Assembly: GCA_964384665.1 (NCBI GenBank)
Contig: CAYLNA010000003.1
Span: 1 to 39,275, forward strand
Direction of reading: 5' to 3'
Length of the DNA: 39,275 nt
Origin: an uncultured Desulfovibrionaceae bacterium
Lineage (GTDB): Bacteria; Desulfobacterota; Desulfovibrionia; Desulfovibrionales; Desulfomicrobiaceae
Part shown: in pieces, positions 22,585 through 31,878 of the stretch
How the letters are laid out: the number at the start of each line of letters is the position of its first letter
How positions within the stretch are numbered: position 1 is the first letter of the stretch
Translations under genes and position numbers: made by a program
The notes under the pieces: model-generated
Seen by the model: only the letters and a program-made list of their open reading frames with translations
What the model was told of the DNA's origin: nothing
Database searches by the model: none

Positions 22585-23427
22585 TTATATGTACCCTGGG
22601 GGTTGGTCCTCGGGCGTCAGGGAACCGCAATGAAGCGTCCGCGTTCCGCCGACAGTGCGCAGGACAATGCCGCCATCGGCGCCGACGCCCGCGTGCACGC
22701 CGCGAACCGATGATCGATTGTCGCCGACGCGCACCATGCTCCCGAGATAGGCCAACACAGGTTCTATTGACTGGGAAAACTCCAGGGGGGTTGAAGCAGA
22801 AAGTGTGTCAGTGTAGCGAAGCCGTCCAAAATTCACAAGCCGCAACCAGAGCCCCAAAATGGACATCCCACGCGACAAGGGACCCAGAGTGCCGGCGAGG
22901 CAGGCCCGATCCTCCCGCAAGGCGGCGTCCTCGGGGCATGAAGCCAGATTGAGACCGATCCCGGCCAGGAGCACCTCGCCCCGCTCCTCGATCAACACGC
23001 CGCCCACCTTGCGCCCAGCCAAAAGAAGATCATTCGGCCATTTGAGGTGAAGCCGCGCCCCCAGTTCTCCAAGTCCGGCGCAAAGCAGCCAGCCGATGAG
23101 CACGGAAACCATGTTTTGCCACGGCTCCGGAGGCAGGGGCAAACGCCAGGCCGCGAACAGGTTGCCGGGCTCGGAAACCCAGGTCCGGCGCATCTGCCCG
23201 CGTCCGGCCCACTGCCGGGTGGCCAGGACCGAGTCCCAGACATCAAGCTCCCTCTCCCTGGCCAGATGCATGGCTACATCCAGCACCGACGAACACGGGC
23301 CGCACACATGGACGCGTTCCGCGACAGGAAAACGGGCCGCGTCCTCGGAAGCACGCGCAAACGCGGCGTCCGTGACCGACAAAGGCTCGGCGAGACCAGG
23401 AATTTCCGGAATCCAAACGATGGGCAT
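22585..23427 (-). CDS. birA: Biotin--protein ligase, without an N-terminal HTH
   Basis: QWAGRGQMRRTW, LKWPND, KVGGVLIE, GIGLN motifs. Adjacent to pyc. Confidence 0.92.
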   Translation of the reverse strand: MPIVWIPEIPGLAEPLSVTDAAFARASEDAARFPVAERVHVCGPCSSVLDVAMHLARERELDVWDSVLATRQWAGRGQMRRTWVSEPGNLFAAWRLPLPPEPWQNMVSVLIGWLLCAGLGELGARLHLKWPNDLLLAGRKVGGVLIEERGEVLLAGIGLNLASCPEDAALREDRACLAGTLGPLSRGMSILGLWLRLVNFGRLRYTDTLSASTPLEFSQSIEPVLAYLGSMVRVGDNRSSVRGVHAGVGADGGIVLRTVGGTRTLHCGSLTPEDQPPGYI

Positions 23428-23448
23428 CGATGCTCCGTGATCTCGAAA

Positions 23449-24699
23449 TCAGCCCTTGGCTTCCTGCTTCTTCTTCATCAGCAGGCGCTTGAGGGCGGAT
23501 TTATCGCCGGCGTGGGAAGTCGCCGACACGGGGCGGGCCATGGCGCGGGGCGCGGGGCGCGGCGCTTCCGGCCGCGACGCCTGGGTGCTCTGGGCGGGGT
23601 GGATCGGAGCCGGCTCGGCAGCGGACGCGGAATCAACGGCTGGAGCCACCGGCGGCGGCGCGGCGTTCGAAACGACGGACGACGACGCAACCATTTCCTC
23701 CCGGACCACGCGGGGCGGCGCGGGACGAACCGGCGCGACCGGCGGAATCGGACGCGGGGCGGGCAAGCCGGGCTTGGGCGGAGGCGGACTGATCGGGCGA
23801 GGGACGGCCATCGCGGGAACGGGACGCCCGAAGGCAGGCGGGACGGACACGAGAGCGTCTCCGCCCTGGGGCTGATAAAAAATGGAACGCAGATACCGTT
23901 TGGGCTCGAAGGCGACGGTAACCCCGGTCAAGGACTCGGTGGAGCCAATGATCAGCGCGCCGTCAGCCTCCAGCACGCCGGCGATCTTTTCGAACACCGC
24001 TTTTTTGTCCGCTGGCGTGAAATAAATGGCCACGTTGCGGCAAAATACCACGTCAAACTTCCCCAGACCGACAAACGGCTTCATCAGGTTGAACTTCTTG
24101 AACGTGGCCATGGCCCGCAGTTCGTCCTTGATCCTCCAGCCGTCGCCCGCCGGCGTGAAATACTTGTGCAGCACGGGCATGGGCAAGCCGCGCTCGATCT
24201 CGAACTTGTTGTATTTCCCATAGCTGGCCTTGGACACGGCATCGTCGGAAATGTCGGTCCCCAGGATGGAAATCTGGAACCCGCCCAGATTGCCCAGGGC
24301 CTCGCGCAGGGCGATGGCGATGCTGTACACCTCCTGGCCGGTGGAACAGGCCGCGCTCCAGATGCGCAGCGGCACGGGCCGGCCCGGAAAGGCCTTGGAC
24401 CGGGCGTCGATGAGATCCGGCAGGATCTTGTGCTTGAAGACCTCGAACGGAGACGCGTCGCGAAAAAAAAGGGTTTCGTTGGTCGTGATGGCGTCGACGA
24501 TCTCCTTTTCCATGTTCCCGCCGCGATCCGCCTTGGCCTTGGAATACAGCTCCATGTACGAAGCGCAGCCGTATTTCCCCAGCAGGTGCTTGAACCTCGT
24601 TTCCAACAAATAGGCCTTGCTGGCGTCGAGGGCGACGCCGGAAATGGCATAAATGTATTGGGAGAGAACCTTGATCTCGTCCGCGGAAATGGAAGTCAT
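23449..24699 (-). CDS. cheR: CheR protein-glutamate methyltransferase with a Pro/Ala-rich C-terminal extension
   Basis: TTNETLFFRD, IWSAACSTGQEVYS, GTDIS, FCRNVAIYF, GSTES. Start set at ATG 24699 (MTSISADE). Confidence 0.92.
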   Translation of the reverse strand: MTSISADEIKVLSQYIYAISGVALDASKAYLLETRFKHLLGKYGCASYMELYSKAKADRGGNMEKEIVDAITTNETLFFRDASPFEVFKHKILPDLIDARSKAFPGRPVPLRIWSAACSTGQEVYSIAIALREALGNLGGFQISILGTDISDDAVSKASYGKYNKFEIERGLPMPVLHKYFTPAGDGWRIKDELRAMATFKKFNLMKPFVGLGKFDVVFCRNVAIYFTPADKKAVFEKIAGVLEADGALIIGSTESLTGVTVAFEPKRYLRSIFYQPQGGDALVSVPPAFGRPVPAMAVPRPISPPPPKPGLPAPRPIPPVAPVRPAPPRVVREEMVASSSVVSNAAPPPVAPAVDSASAAEPAPIHPAQSTQASRPEAPRPAPRAMARPVSATSHAGDKSALKRLLMKKKQEAKG

Positions 24700-24730
24700 G
24701 CTGCTGCCCGTGAGTTGGAGGTTGGCTTGC

Positions 24731-25798
24731 CTAGCGCACGGTGCGGACGATCTCGGAAGCAATCATCCGCAAGGGGCTGATCACGTCCACCACTCCGGCT
24801 TCAATGGCGGTCTTGGGCATGCCGTAGACCACGCAGGATTCTTCGTCCTGCCCGATGGTCACGGCCCCGAAACTCTTGAGCACCCGCAAGCCCAGGGTTC
24901 CGTCCCCGCCCATGCCGGTCATGATGACGCCAGTGCTCAACGCGCCGTACTCGCGGGCCACGGATCGGAACAGATAGTCCACGGCCGGCCGGCAGTTGTT
25001 CTCGGGCGGATCGTCGGTGATCTGGATGATCTTGACGCCACCCACGCCGACGGCGACCTTCATCTGTTTGCCGCCAGGCGCGATGTAGATCACATCCGGC
25101 TCCACCGTGTCGTTGTGCTCGGCCTCGCGCACCGCGTACTGACATTTGGCGTCCAGACTTTCGGCCAGGGACTTGGTGAACAGCGGCGGCATGTGCTGCA
25201 CCACGAAAATAGGCACCCCCAGTTTGGGCAACTGCGGCAGCATCGTGGCCAAGGCGTTGGGACCGCCCGTGGAAATGCCGATGGCCACGGCCTTGGACTT
25301 GCCCGTGCGCTTGGACGAGGCGGCGGGCGGGATTGGCGTCCGTGGCGGAGGCGACGGGACGGCGCGCCGCTGCCGCAGCAGGGCTTTCAGTTCCAGGCGC
25401 TTGGCGAAGGCCTTGATCCGGGGCGACAGGGCGTTGCGCAAGTACTGCACGTTCTCCTGCTTGGCCTCCGCGTCGGGCTTGGCGATGAAATCAAAAGCCC
25501 CCAACTCCAACGCCCTCATGGTGATGTCGCTGCCCCGCTTGGTCAGGGTGGACAGCATGATCACGCCGATATCGGGATGATCCTTCTGCATGGCCTCCAG
25601 CGTTTCCAGCCCGTTCATGATGGGCATTTCCACGTCCAGGGTGATGAGATCGGGCTTCAGCGAGGCGATCCTGGACAGAGCAATCTTGCCGTTGTTGGCC
25701 GTGCCCACGACCTCCACGCCGGGCATGGCGGCCAGGATATCCCCGACGACCTTACGGTACATAATCGTATCATCGACAACCAAAACACGAAGATCCAT
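24731..25798 (-). CDS. cheB: CheB response regulator/methylesterase
   Basis: REC domain (VLVVDD, TLDVEMP) and catalytic motifs GISTGGP, QHMP, MTGMGGDG. Start set at ATG 25798. Confidence 0.94.
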   Translation of the reverse strand: MDLRVLVVDDTIMYRKVVGDILAAMPGVEVVGTANNGKIALSRIASLKPDLITLDVEMPIMNGLETLEAMQKDHPDIGVIMLSTLTKRGSDITMRALELGAFDFIAKPDAEAKQENVQYLRNALSPRIKAFAKRLELKALLRQRRAVPSPPPRTPIPPAASSKRTGKSKAVAIGISTGGPNALATMLPQLPKLGVPIFVVQHMPPLFTKSLAESLDAKCQYAVREAEHNDTVEPDVIYIAPGGKQMKVAVGVGGVKIIQITDDPPENNCRPAVDYLFRSVAREYGALSTGVIMTGMGGDGTLGLRVLKSFGAVTIGQDEESCVVYGMPKTAIEAGVVDVISPLRMIASEIVRTVR

Positions 25799-25839
25799 GA
25801 ATTCTCCAAACGCCGCGCACAGGCCGCGACGGTTCACGA

Positions 25840-26289
25840 CTAGTCGTCGGCCAGCACTTCCTCGATATCCAGGATCGCGACTAGGTCCTTGGCGGCCTTG
25901 AACACGCCCTGAAAATACTTTCCTTTCACGCCCTTGATATTGGACGGCGTCGGTTCCAGTTCTTCCCATTTGGCCGTGACCACGTCCGTGATCTTGTCCA
26001 CCAAAAGGCCGATGTTCTCGTCGCGTGAATTGACGATAATGATCCGGCTGCTTTCAGTTTTTTTCGAAGGAGCCAAGCCCAGCTTCCGCCCCAGATCAAT
26101 GATGGTCACGATCCGACCGCGCAGATTCATGATTCCCAGCACGTAGTCCGGCGCTTGCGGGACCCTGGTCATCTCCATCTGCTTGTTCATTTCCTGGATC
26201 ACGTTGATATCGATGCCGCACAATGCCGAACCCACGAAAAAACAGGACAGCTGCACGGGACCTTTCCTTTCCTTGGCGTTCCTTTTCAT
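25840..26289 (-). CDS. cheW: CheW scaffold protein
   Basis: TRVPQAPDYVLGIMNLRGRIVTIIDL and IGLLVD motifs. AGGAG RBS. Confidence 0.94.
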   Translation of the reverse strand: MKRNAKERKGPVQLSCFFVGSALCGIDINVIQEMNKQMEMTRVPQAPDYVLGIMNLRGRIVTIIDLGRKLGLAPSKKTESSRIIIVNSRDENIGLLVDKITDVVTAKWEELEPTPSNIKGVKGKYFQGVFKAAKDLVAILDIEEVLADD

Positions 26290-26306
26290 CGCATTCTCCT
26301 CTGGTC

Positions 26307-29300
26307 CTAGCTCGCGTAGCGTTTCAATGTCTCGTAGATGGATTGCAGCAAACGCTCCTTGTCCAGCTTGATCTGGTAATCATCGATGCCCACCGCCTTC
26401 CCCCGGGCCACGTCTTCCTCCCCGGCCAGGGACGTGAGCGCGACAATGGGGAGTCGCGCAAAGCGGCTGTCCCGACGAATGAGCTGGGAAAGCTCGAATC
26501 CATCCATGTTGGGCATTTCGATATCGGTCACGACCATGTCGTATTTATCCGGCTCGGCATCGAGCATGCTCCAGGCCACGACTCCGTCCGAGGCCGTGTC
26601 CACGGTGTAGCCGTCATCCTCGATGAATTTTCTGACTTGGTTGCGAAAGAAATCAGAGTCCTCCACCAGGAGCAGATGCGGCACGCCGACATCGCCGGCG
26701 TCGTCGGGAACCTCGATGTCGCCCCGCGTGGCGAACCAGTCCGGCTGCACGGTCTCGATCAGCTCGAAAATATCCACGATCAACGTGGTGCTTCCATTGA
26801 TAACCGCCGAGCCCGAAATGCCCGGCTGCTTCAGGGTGAAGGTGTCGATCGCGGTCCGCACCTCCACCGCGTCCACGGGCGGAGTGGCCAAGAGTCCGAT
26901 CTCGTGCCCGGCCATGACAAACACGATGACGATGAGTTCCCCGGTCAGTTCCAGCATGGCGACATTGGTCGCCTGATCCAGGGAAAAGACGGGCAAGGTT
27001 CCGCCCCGATATTTGATGACCCGCCGGCCGCCGACTTCCTCGATCTCCTGGGCGTCGATCAGCTCGACACGGGCGACCAGGTCGAGCGGCACCGCGCAGT
27101 GCTCGTTGGGCGTGTTCCGGAACATGAACAGGGAATGCTTGTCCTGGGCCGCGCCCGCGTCCGCCTCCTTGCCGCCCTGGGCCGCGCGCTCGCGCACCCC
27201 CGTCAGGCTCAAATCTCCCAGACGGCCGAGGCCGGCCACATCCAAAATCAGGGCCACATGCCCGTCGCCCATGATCGTCGCGCCCGCGTAGCCCTGGCAT
27301 TCCTTGAAATGCCGTCCCAGGGGCTTGACCACGATTTCCACGGAATCATGCAGCTGGTCGACCACCAAGCCGTAGCGGAACTGGCCGGCGGAAACCACGA
27401 CCAGATTCACGTCCGCCACGCCTCCCTCCGCCTCGCCGGGCGCGAGGTCCTCGCGCAGATAGCGGGAAACCATCTCGGACGTCGAACCGGCTTCGACCCC
27501 CAGCCCCAGAACCTTGGTCAGGTACAAAAGTGGAATCAACTCCCCGCGCAGCAGCAGGACCTCGGCGTCGCCAACCATTTCCAACCGTTCGCGGATCTGG
27601 GCCACGGGAATGCGCAGCAATTCGTCCACGTTGACCTGCGGAATGGCGTAGCGCTCCTCGCCGACGGAGACCAAAAGGCTCGGAATGATGGCCAAAGTCA
27701 GGGGCAGCTTGATGCGGATGGTCGTGCCCTTGCCCCGGGCGGTCTCGATATCGACCTGCCCGCCGAGCTGATCCAGGTTGGACTTGACCACGTCCATGCC
27801 CACGCCGCGCCCGGAGACATCGGTCACTTTCTCGGCCGTGGACAGTCCGGGCAGGAAAATCAGGTTGGCCCGCTCCTTGTCGGTCATGCTCTTGGCCTGA
27901 TCCTGGGTGATGAGTCCCTTGGATAGGGCCTTGTCCACGATCTTGTCCGTGTTCAATCCCTGGCCGTCGTCGACGATCTCGATGATGACCTGCCCGGCCT
28001 CGTGATAGGCCTTGAGCACGATGGTTCCGGTCGGCGACTTGCCGGCGGCCACGCGCGCGTCCGGGAGTTCGATGCCGTGGTCCGCCGAATTGCGCACCAA
28101 ATGGGTCAGCGGATCGCCCAAGCCCTCGATGATGGTCTTATCCAGCTCGACGTCGTTGCCCTCCAGCTGGAGATCGATCTCCTTGCCCAGATTGCGGGCC
28201 AGATCCCGGACCACGCGGGGAAATTTATTGAAGATGTTGCCCACCGTCTGCATGCGGGTGAGCATGATGGTTTCCTGGAGTTCCGAGGTGACGAGGTCGA
28301 TGCGCTGGCCGGCGACCTCGATCTGATGAATGGCGTTGGTCGAGATGGCCTGCATGAGCTGGTTGCGGCTCAGGACCAATTCGCCGGCCAGATTCATCAA
28401 ATCCTCGAGCAGGCTGACATGGACGCGCAGGGTTTCGGGTTGGGCCAGGGTCGTCTTGGGAGACTTGGCCTCGGCCTTGAACGAGCCATCGTCCTCGGGC
28501 GCGGTCTCGAATCGCTGGACCGGAGCCGGCTTGGGCTTGGACTCCGGACGGGGCTCGGGACGAGACGCGGCGTGGGCGGGAGGCGCGTCCTCGGCCATGG
28601 GCTTCATGGCGGTAGCCAAGGCCGCGCCGTTCAAGATTTCCGAGACCAGGGCGTCGGTCCTATCCTCGGCCGGCATCACGGGCGTGGAGGCCAGCAATTC
28701 CTGGGCGAAATCGGGAGCATCCAGCAGGGGCGGGGCCAATGGCGCGTCCAGATTCAGGGCGGTGATGAATTCGCTGTCCAGATCGAGCAAGGCCGGCATG
28801 ATGTCTTCCTCGATGATGGACCCAAACAGTACGAAAAAGGGAATGCGGTTGGAAAAAATTCCGTCCTCGAGCGTGCCGACGGCGTCCATGTCGACCTTCA
28901 GGTCGAGCACCACTCCGCTGGCTTCCATGTTTTTGAGCAGTTCAAGCGGATTTTTATTCTTGCCGTGCACGTCATGAATCAGATCGAATTCCAGCAGGTA
29001 CAGATTCTTGCCGCCCTTGCGGTTCTGGAGCAGATCGAATTCCGGAATGGTGAAGACCGTGCGCCCGCCGGAGGTCTGGATATCGACCATGCGGTCCACG
29101 GAGCTTTTTTCGTCGTTCCGCAGATTGGCCGAGGTCACGCCGGTCAGGGCCGCGATATGGTCGTCAATGAACTCGTCGTTGCTCTCGGCCACGTTGCGGA
29201 TCATGTCGCGCAGTTTGTCGAAGGCCAAGAGCACAATGTTGACCACTTCCGGCTCGGGGACCAACTCGCGGTTGCGGATCATGTCCAGGACGTTCTCGAT

Positions 29301-29507
29301 CTTGTGCCCCAGATCCTTGATCTTGGTCAGACCCAAAAATCCGGCTCCACCCTTGATGGAGTGCGCGGCGCGGAAAACCTTGTTCACCAACTCCTCGTCG
29401 ATATCCGCCCCGGCCTGCTCGATGGTCAGCAAATCGTTCTCGATATCTCCAAGATGTTCCGAGGCTTCCTCCACGTACATTTGGAGAGTTTCGTCATCCA
29501 TCATCAT
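26307..29507 (-). CDS. cheA: Hybrid CheA kinase (Hpt, P2-like, dimerisation, HATPase, two CheW-like domains, REC)
   Basis: FRAAHSIKG, HLVRNSADHG, DVSGRGVGMDVV, two CheW-like domains, C-terminal REC (LLVEDS, VTDIEMP). Start set at ATG 29507 after GGAG. Confidence 0.94.
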   Translation of the reverse strand: MMMDDETLQMYVEEASEHLGDIENDLLTIEQAGADIDEELVNKVFRAAHSIKGGAGFLGLTKIKDLGHKIENVLDMIRNRELVPEPEVVNIVLLAFDKLRDMIRNVAESNDEFIDDHIAALTGVTSANLRNDEKSSVDRMVDIQTSGGRTVFTIPEFDLLQNRKGGKNLYLLEFDLIHDVHGKNKNPLELLKNMEASGVVLDLKVDMDAVGTLEDGIFSNRIPFFVLFGSIIEEDIMPALLDLDSEFITALNLDAPLAPPLLDAPDFAQELLASTPVMPAEDRTDALVSEILNGAALATAMKPMAEDAPPAHAASRPEPRPESKPKPAPVQRFETAPEDDGSFKAEAKSPKTTLAQPETLRVHVSLLEDLMNLAGELVLSRNQLMQAISTNAIHQIEVAGQRIDLVTSELQETIMLTRMQTVGNIFNKFPRVVRDLARNLGKEIDLQLEGNDVELDKTIIEGLGDPLTHLVRNSADHGIELPDARVAAGKSPTGTIVLKAYHEAGQVIIEIVDDGQGLNTDKIVDKALSKGLITQDQAKSMTDKERANLIFLPGLSTAEKVTDVSGRGVGMDVVKSNLDQLGGQVDIETARGKGTTIRIKLPLTLAIIPSLLVSVGEERYAIPQVNVDELLRIPVAQIRERLEMVGDAEVLLLRGELIPLLYLTKVLGLGVEAGSTSEMVSRYLREDLAPGEAEGGVADVNLVVVSAGQFRYGLVVDQLHDSVEIVVKPLGRHFKECQGYAGATIMGDGHVALILDVAGLGRLGDLSLTGVRERAAQGGKEADAGAAQDKHSLFMFRNTPNEHCAVPLDLVARVELIDAQEIEEVGGRRVIKYRGGTLPVFSLDQATNVAMLELTGELIVIVFVMAGHEIGLLATPPVDAVEVRTAIDTFTLKQPGISGSAVINGSTTLIVDIFELIETVQPDWFATRGDIEVPDDAGDVGVPHLLLVEDSDFFRNQVRKFIEDDGYTVDTASDGVVAWSMLDAEPDKYDMVVTDIEMPNMDGFELSQLIRRDSRFARLPIVALTSLAGEEDVARGKAVGIDDYQIKLDKERLLQSIYETLKRYAS

Positions 29508-29555
29508 TTCGCACGCTCCATGTGGGTTGCAATTCAAAGCCGGAAACCGTTCGGA

Positions 29556-29858
29556 TCACTCGCTCATCTGAAAATGCCGATCAAGGCGCATGGACCGGAA
29601 CAGCTTGGCAATATTCGAGGAAGCATTCTGAATCACGAGCGCCCCGCCCTTTTTCCGCATCGAGTTATGAATGGCGATCAACAAACCGATGCCAATGGAA
29701 TCCATCATCTCCACCCCGGCCAAATCCAAACGCAATTCTTGCGGATCCTCGGCCAGCAGGTCGGTCAGCTCCTGCTTGAATCGAGGGACCATGGTCGAGA
29801 CGATGTCCTGGTCCGGCCGGACAGTGAGCACGCTGTTTTCTCGTGTTATTTCGGACAT
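29556..29858 (-). CDS. STAS-domain protein (anti-sigma factor antagonist-like)
   Basis: LDLAGVEMMDSIGIGLL STAS signature with the phosphorylatable Ser. ATG 29858 after AGGAG. Confidence 0.88.
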   Translation of the reverse strand: MSEITRENSVLTVRPDQDIVSTMVPRFKQELTDLLAEDPQELRLDLAGVEMMDSIGIGLLIAIHNSMRKKGGALVIQNASSNIAKLFRSMRLDRHFQMSE

Positions 29859-30200
29859 GGAAAATCTCCTGTGAAAAATCTCGGTGCCTCGCACTACACA
29901 GGGCACAGTCTGATTTCAACCTACGCGACTCGCATAATTTTGCAACAAATACCGCTCATTGCCGGGCGCGGCCCAGGCCATGGCCACCGCGCCCCTCCAC
30001 AACGAGAGACGACACCGCCTCCGTATGTGACCCTCCCGAAAACCGCAAAGCCCAAAATCGCCGAGAACGGGGCGGACGCGGATTTCGCCGCCACGCCCCG
30101 CGGACAGCGGCCCGAAAAAGCCCGCGCTGGATTTACGGGCGCGAGCCTGATACCATTTCCAAAACAGCGCAAGCGACCGCGCCCAACATTCGGAGAACCC

Positions 30201-30662
30201 ATGGACTTCCAGTATTGGCATTGGCTCGTTTTCGGCATGATCCTGATCATCGCCGAGGTCTTCATCCCCAGTTTCACCATCTTCTGGTTTGGTCTGGGCG
30301 GTCTGCTGGTGGGCGGGCTGCTCTGGATCGCGCCGGGCGTGGGACTCACCGCGCAGCTTTTGCTCTGGGCCGTGTTCTCGACCCTTCTGACCGCGTTCTG
30401 GTTTCTGGTCATGAAACCCCGCATGGTGGACAAGACCCGGGCCGGCATGTCGCGGGAAGCCTTGCTGGGCGAAACCGGCCAGGTCATCCGCGCCCCGGAT
30501 GGAGAACGGCGCGGCATGGTCCGCTTCTCCAAGCCGCTGCTCGGGTCCGACGAATGGACCTTCATCTGCGACGACCCCGTGCAGGTCGGGGACCGGGTCC
30601 AGATCCGCGATGTGTCCGGCAACACCCTGGTTGTCGCCCCCAAAATCACCAAACAAGCCTGA
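30201..30662 (+). CDS. NfeD-like (YbbJ-type) membrane protein
   Basis: C-terminal part of track ORF 28002..30662: MDFQYWHWLVFGMILIIAEVFIP..., hydrophobic helices then an OB-like domain (LLGETGQV...W...GDRVQI...GNTLVV). GGAG RBS. Immediately upstream of an SPFH gene. Confidence 0.9.
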   Translation: MDFQYWHWLVFGMILIIAEVFIPSFTIFWFGLGGLLVGGLLWIAPGVGLTAQLLLWAVFSTLLTAFWFLVMKPRMVDKTRAGMSREALLGETGQVIRAPDGERRGMVRFSKPLLGSDEWTFICDDPVQVGDRVQIRDVSGNTLVVAPKITKQA

Positions 30663-30676
30663 CAAGGAGATCCATC

Positions 30677-31537
30677 ATGTTCAGTCCAGGACTCACCGTC
30701 GTTCTTTTCCTGCTGCTTTTGGTCATCGTCACCATCGCCATGGGCGTGCGCATCGTGCCCCAGGGATATAAATTCGTGGTCCAGCGCCTGGGCAAGTATC
30801 TTTGCACCCTGAGTCCCGGCCTGAATATCATCATCCCCTACATGGACACCGTCGCCTACAAGGTCACGACCAAGGACATCGTCCTCGACATTCCGTCCCA
30901 GGACGTCATCACCCGCGACAATGCCGTCATCATCACCAACGCCGTGGCCTACATCAACATCGTGTCCCCGGAAAAGGCGGTTTACGGCGTCGAGGACTAC
31001 CGCATCGCCATCCAGACCCTGGTCCAGACTTCGCTGCGCTCCATCATCGGCGAAATGGACCTCGATGACGCGCTGTGTTCGCGGGACATGATCAAGTCCA
31101 AGCTCAAGGAAGCCATTTCCGACGACATTTCCGACTGGGGAATCATGCTCAAGACCGTGGAAATCCAGGACATCAATCCGTCCCAAACCATGCAGCACGC
31201 CATGGAGGAACAGGCCGCGGCCGAACGCGCCCGCCGCGCCACCGTAACCCGGGCCGAGGGCGAGAAGTCGGCCGCCATCCTTCAGGCCGACGGCCGACTG
31301 GAAGCCTCCAAACGCGACGCCCAGGCCAAGGTCGTCCTGGCCGAGGCCGACCGCGCGGCCATCGAAAAAGTGGCCCTCGCCGCCAAGGAGGGCGAACTGC
31401 CCCTGGTCTTCCTCCTGGGCCAGCGCTACGTGGACGCCATGCGCAAAATGGCCGAAACGAACAACGCCAAGGTCGTGGTCCTGCCCGCCGACCTTCCCGC
31501 CGCCGTGCGCGGGATCATGGGCACGCTGGGAAAATGA
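30677..31537 (+). CDS. SPFH/band 7 (QmcA/stomatin-like) protein
   Basis: N-terminal TM, IVPQG...VVQRLGKY, QDVITRDN, LRSIIG, AERARRA coiled coil. AAGGAG RBS before ATG 30677. Confidence 0.93.
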   Translation: MFSPGLTVVLFLLLLVIVTIAMGVRIVPQGYKFVVQRLGKYLCTLSPGLNIIIPYMDTVAYKVTTKDIVLDIPSQDVITRDNAVIITNAVAYINIVSPEKAVYGVEDYRIAIQTLVQTSLRSIIGEMDLDDALCSRDMIKSKLKEAISDDISDWGIMLKTVEIQDINPSQTMQHAMEEQAAAERARRATVTRAEGEKSAAILQADGRLEASKRDAQAKVVLAEADRAAIEKVALAAKEGELPLVFLLGQRYVDAMRKMAETNNAKVVVLPADLPAAVRGIMGTLGK

Positions 31538-31721
31538 GGAGGCTGATGGTGGAGACGGGACCGCGTCGAGAGGTGGACGCTCGCGGCCAGGACGGCCGGA
31601 CGCACTGACGCGGCTCCCACGTTCGGAAATGGGGAGATCCAGGAGAGACGGAGTGCTCGCTCGCGCCCGGGGCAAAAGTGGACGCCGATGGCGGGGTTGG
31701 TTTTCGCTGGCGGTGAGCCAT

Positions 31722-31745
31722 AAAAAAACCCACTTCGCAGTGGGT
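31722..31745 (-). terminator. Terminator of tRNA-Tyr
   Basis: Minus strand ACCCACT-GCGA-AGTGGGT followed by a T-run, 10 nt after the CCA end. Confidence 0.8.
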
Positions 31746-31755
31746 CATGGTCGGC

Positions 31756-31841
31756 TGGTGGAGGGGGGAGGATTCGAACCTCCGAAGTCGTACGACGACA
31801 GATTTACAGTCTGTTCCCTTTGGCCACTCGGGAACCCCTCC
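31756..31841 (-). tRNA. tRNA-Tyr (GTA)
   Basis: GGAGGGGTTCCCGAGTGGCCAAAGGGAACAGACTGTAAATCTGTCGTCGTACGACTTCGGAGGTTCGAATCCTCCCCCCTCCACCA: cloverleaf, GTA anticodon, long variable arm, TTCGAAT loop, encoded CCA. Confidence 0.97.
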
Positions 31842-31878
31842 AGGCAGAGGCGGTTGATAGATAACCAATCGTCCGTGG

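Noticed and set aside
28002-30200. Long N-terminal extensions on NfeD (28002..) and SPFH (29843..)
   Set aside because: They overlap cheA, the STAS gene or nfeD. Starts with good RBS are at 30201 and 30677.
31540-31760. Possible integrated element or att site at the tRNA-Tyr 3' end
   Set aside because: No integrase, no duplicated tRNA 3' end seen in the window, and the flanking genes are ordinary chromosomal genes.
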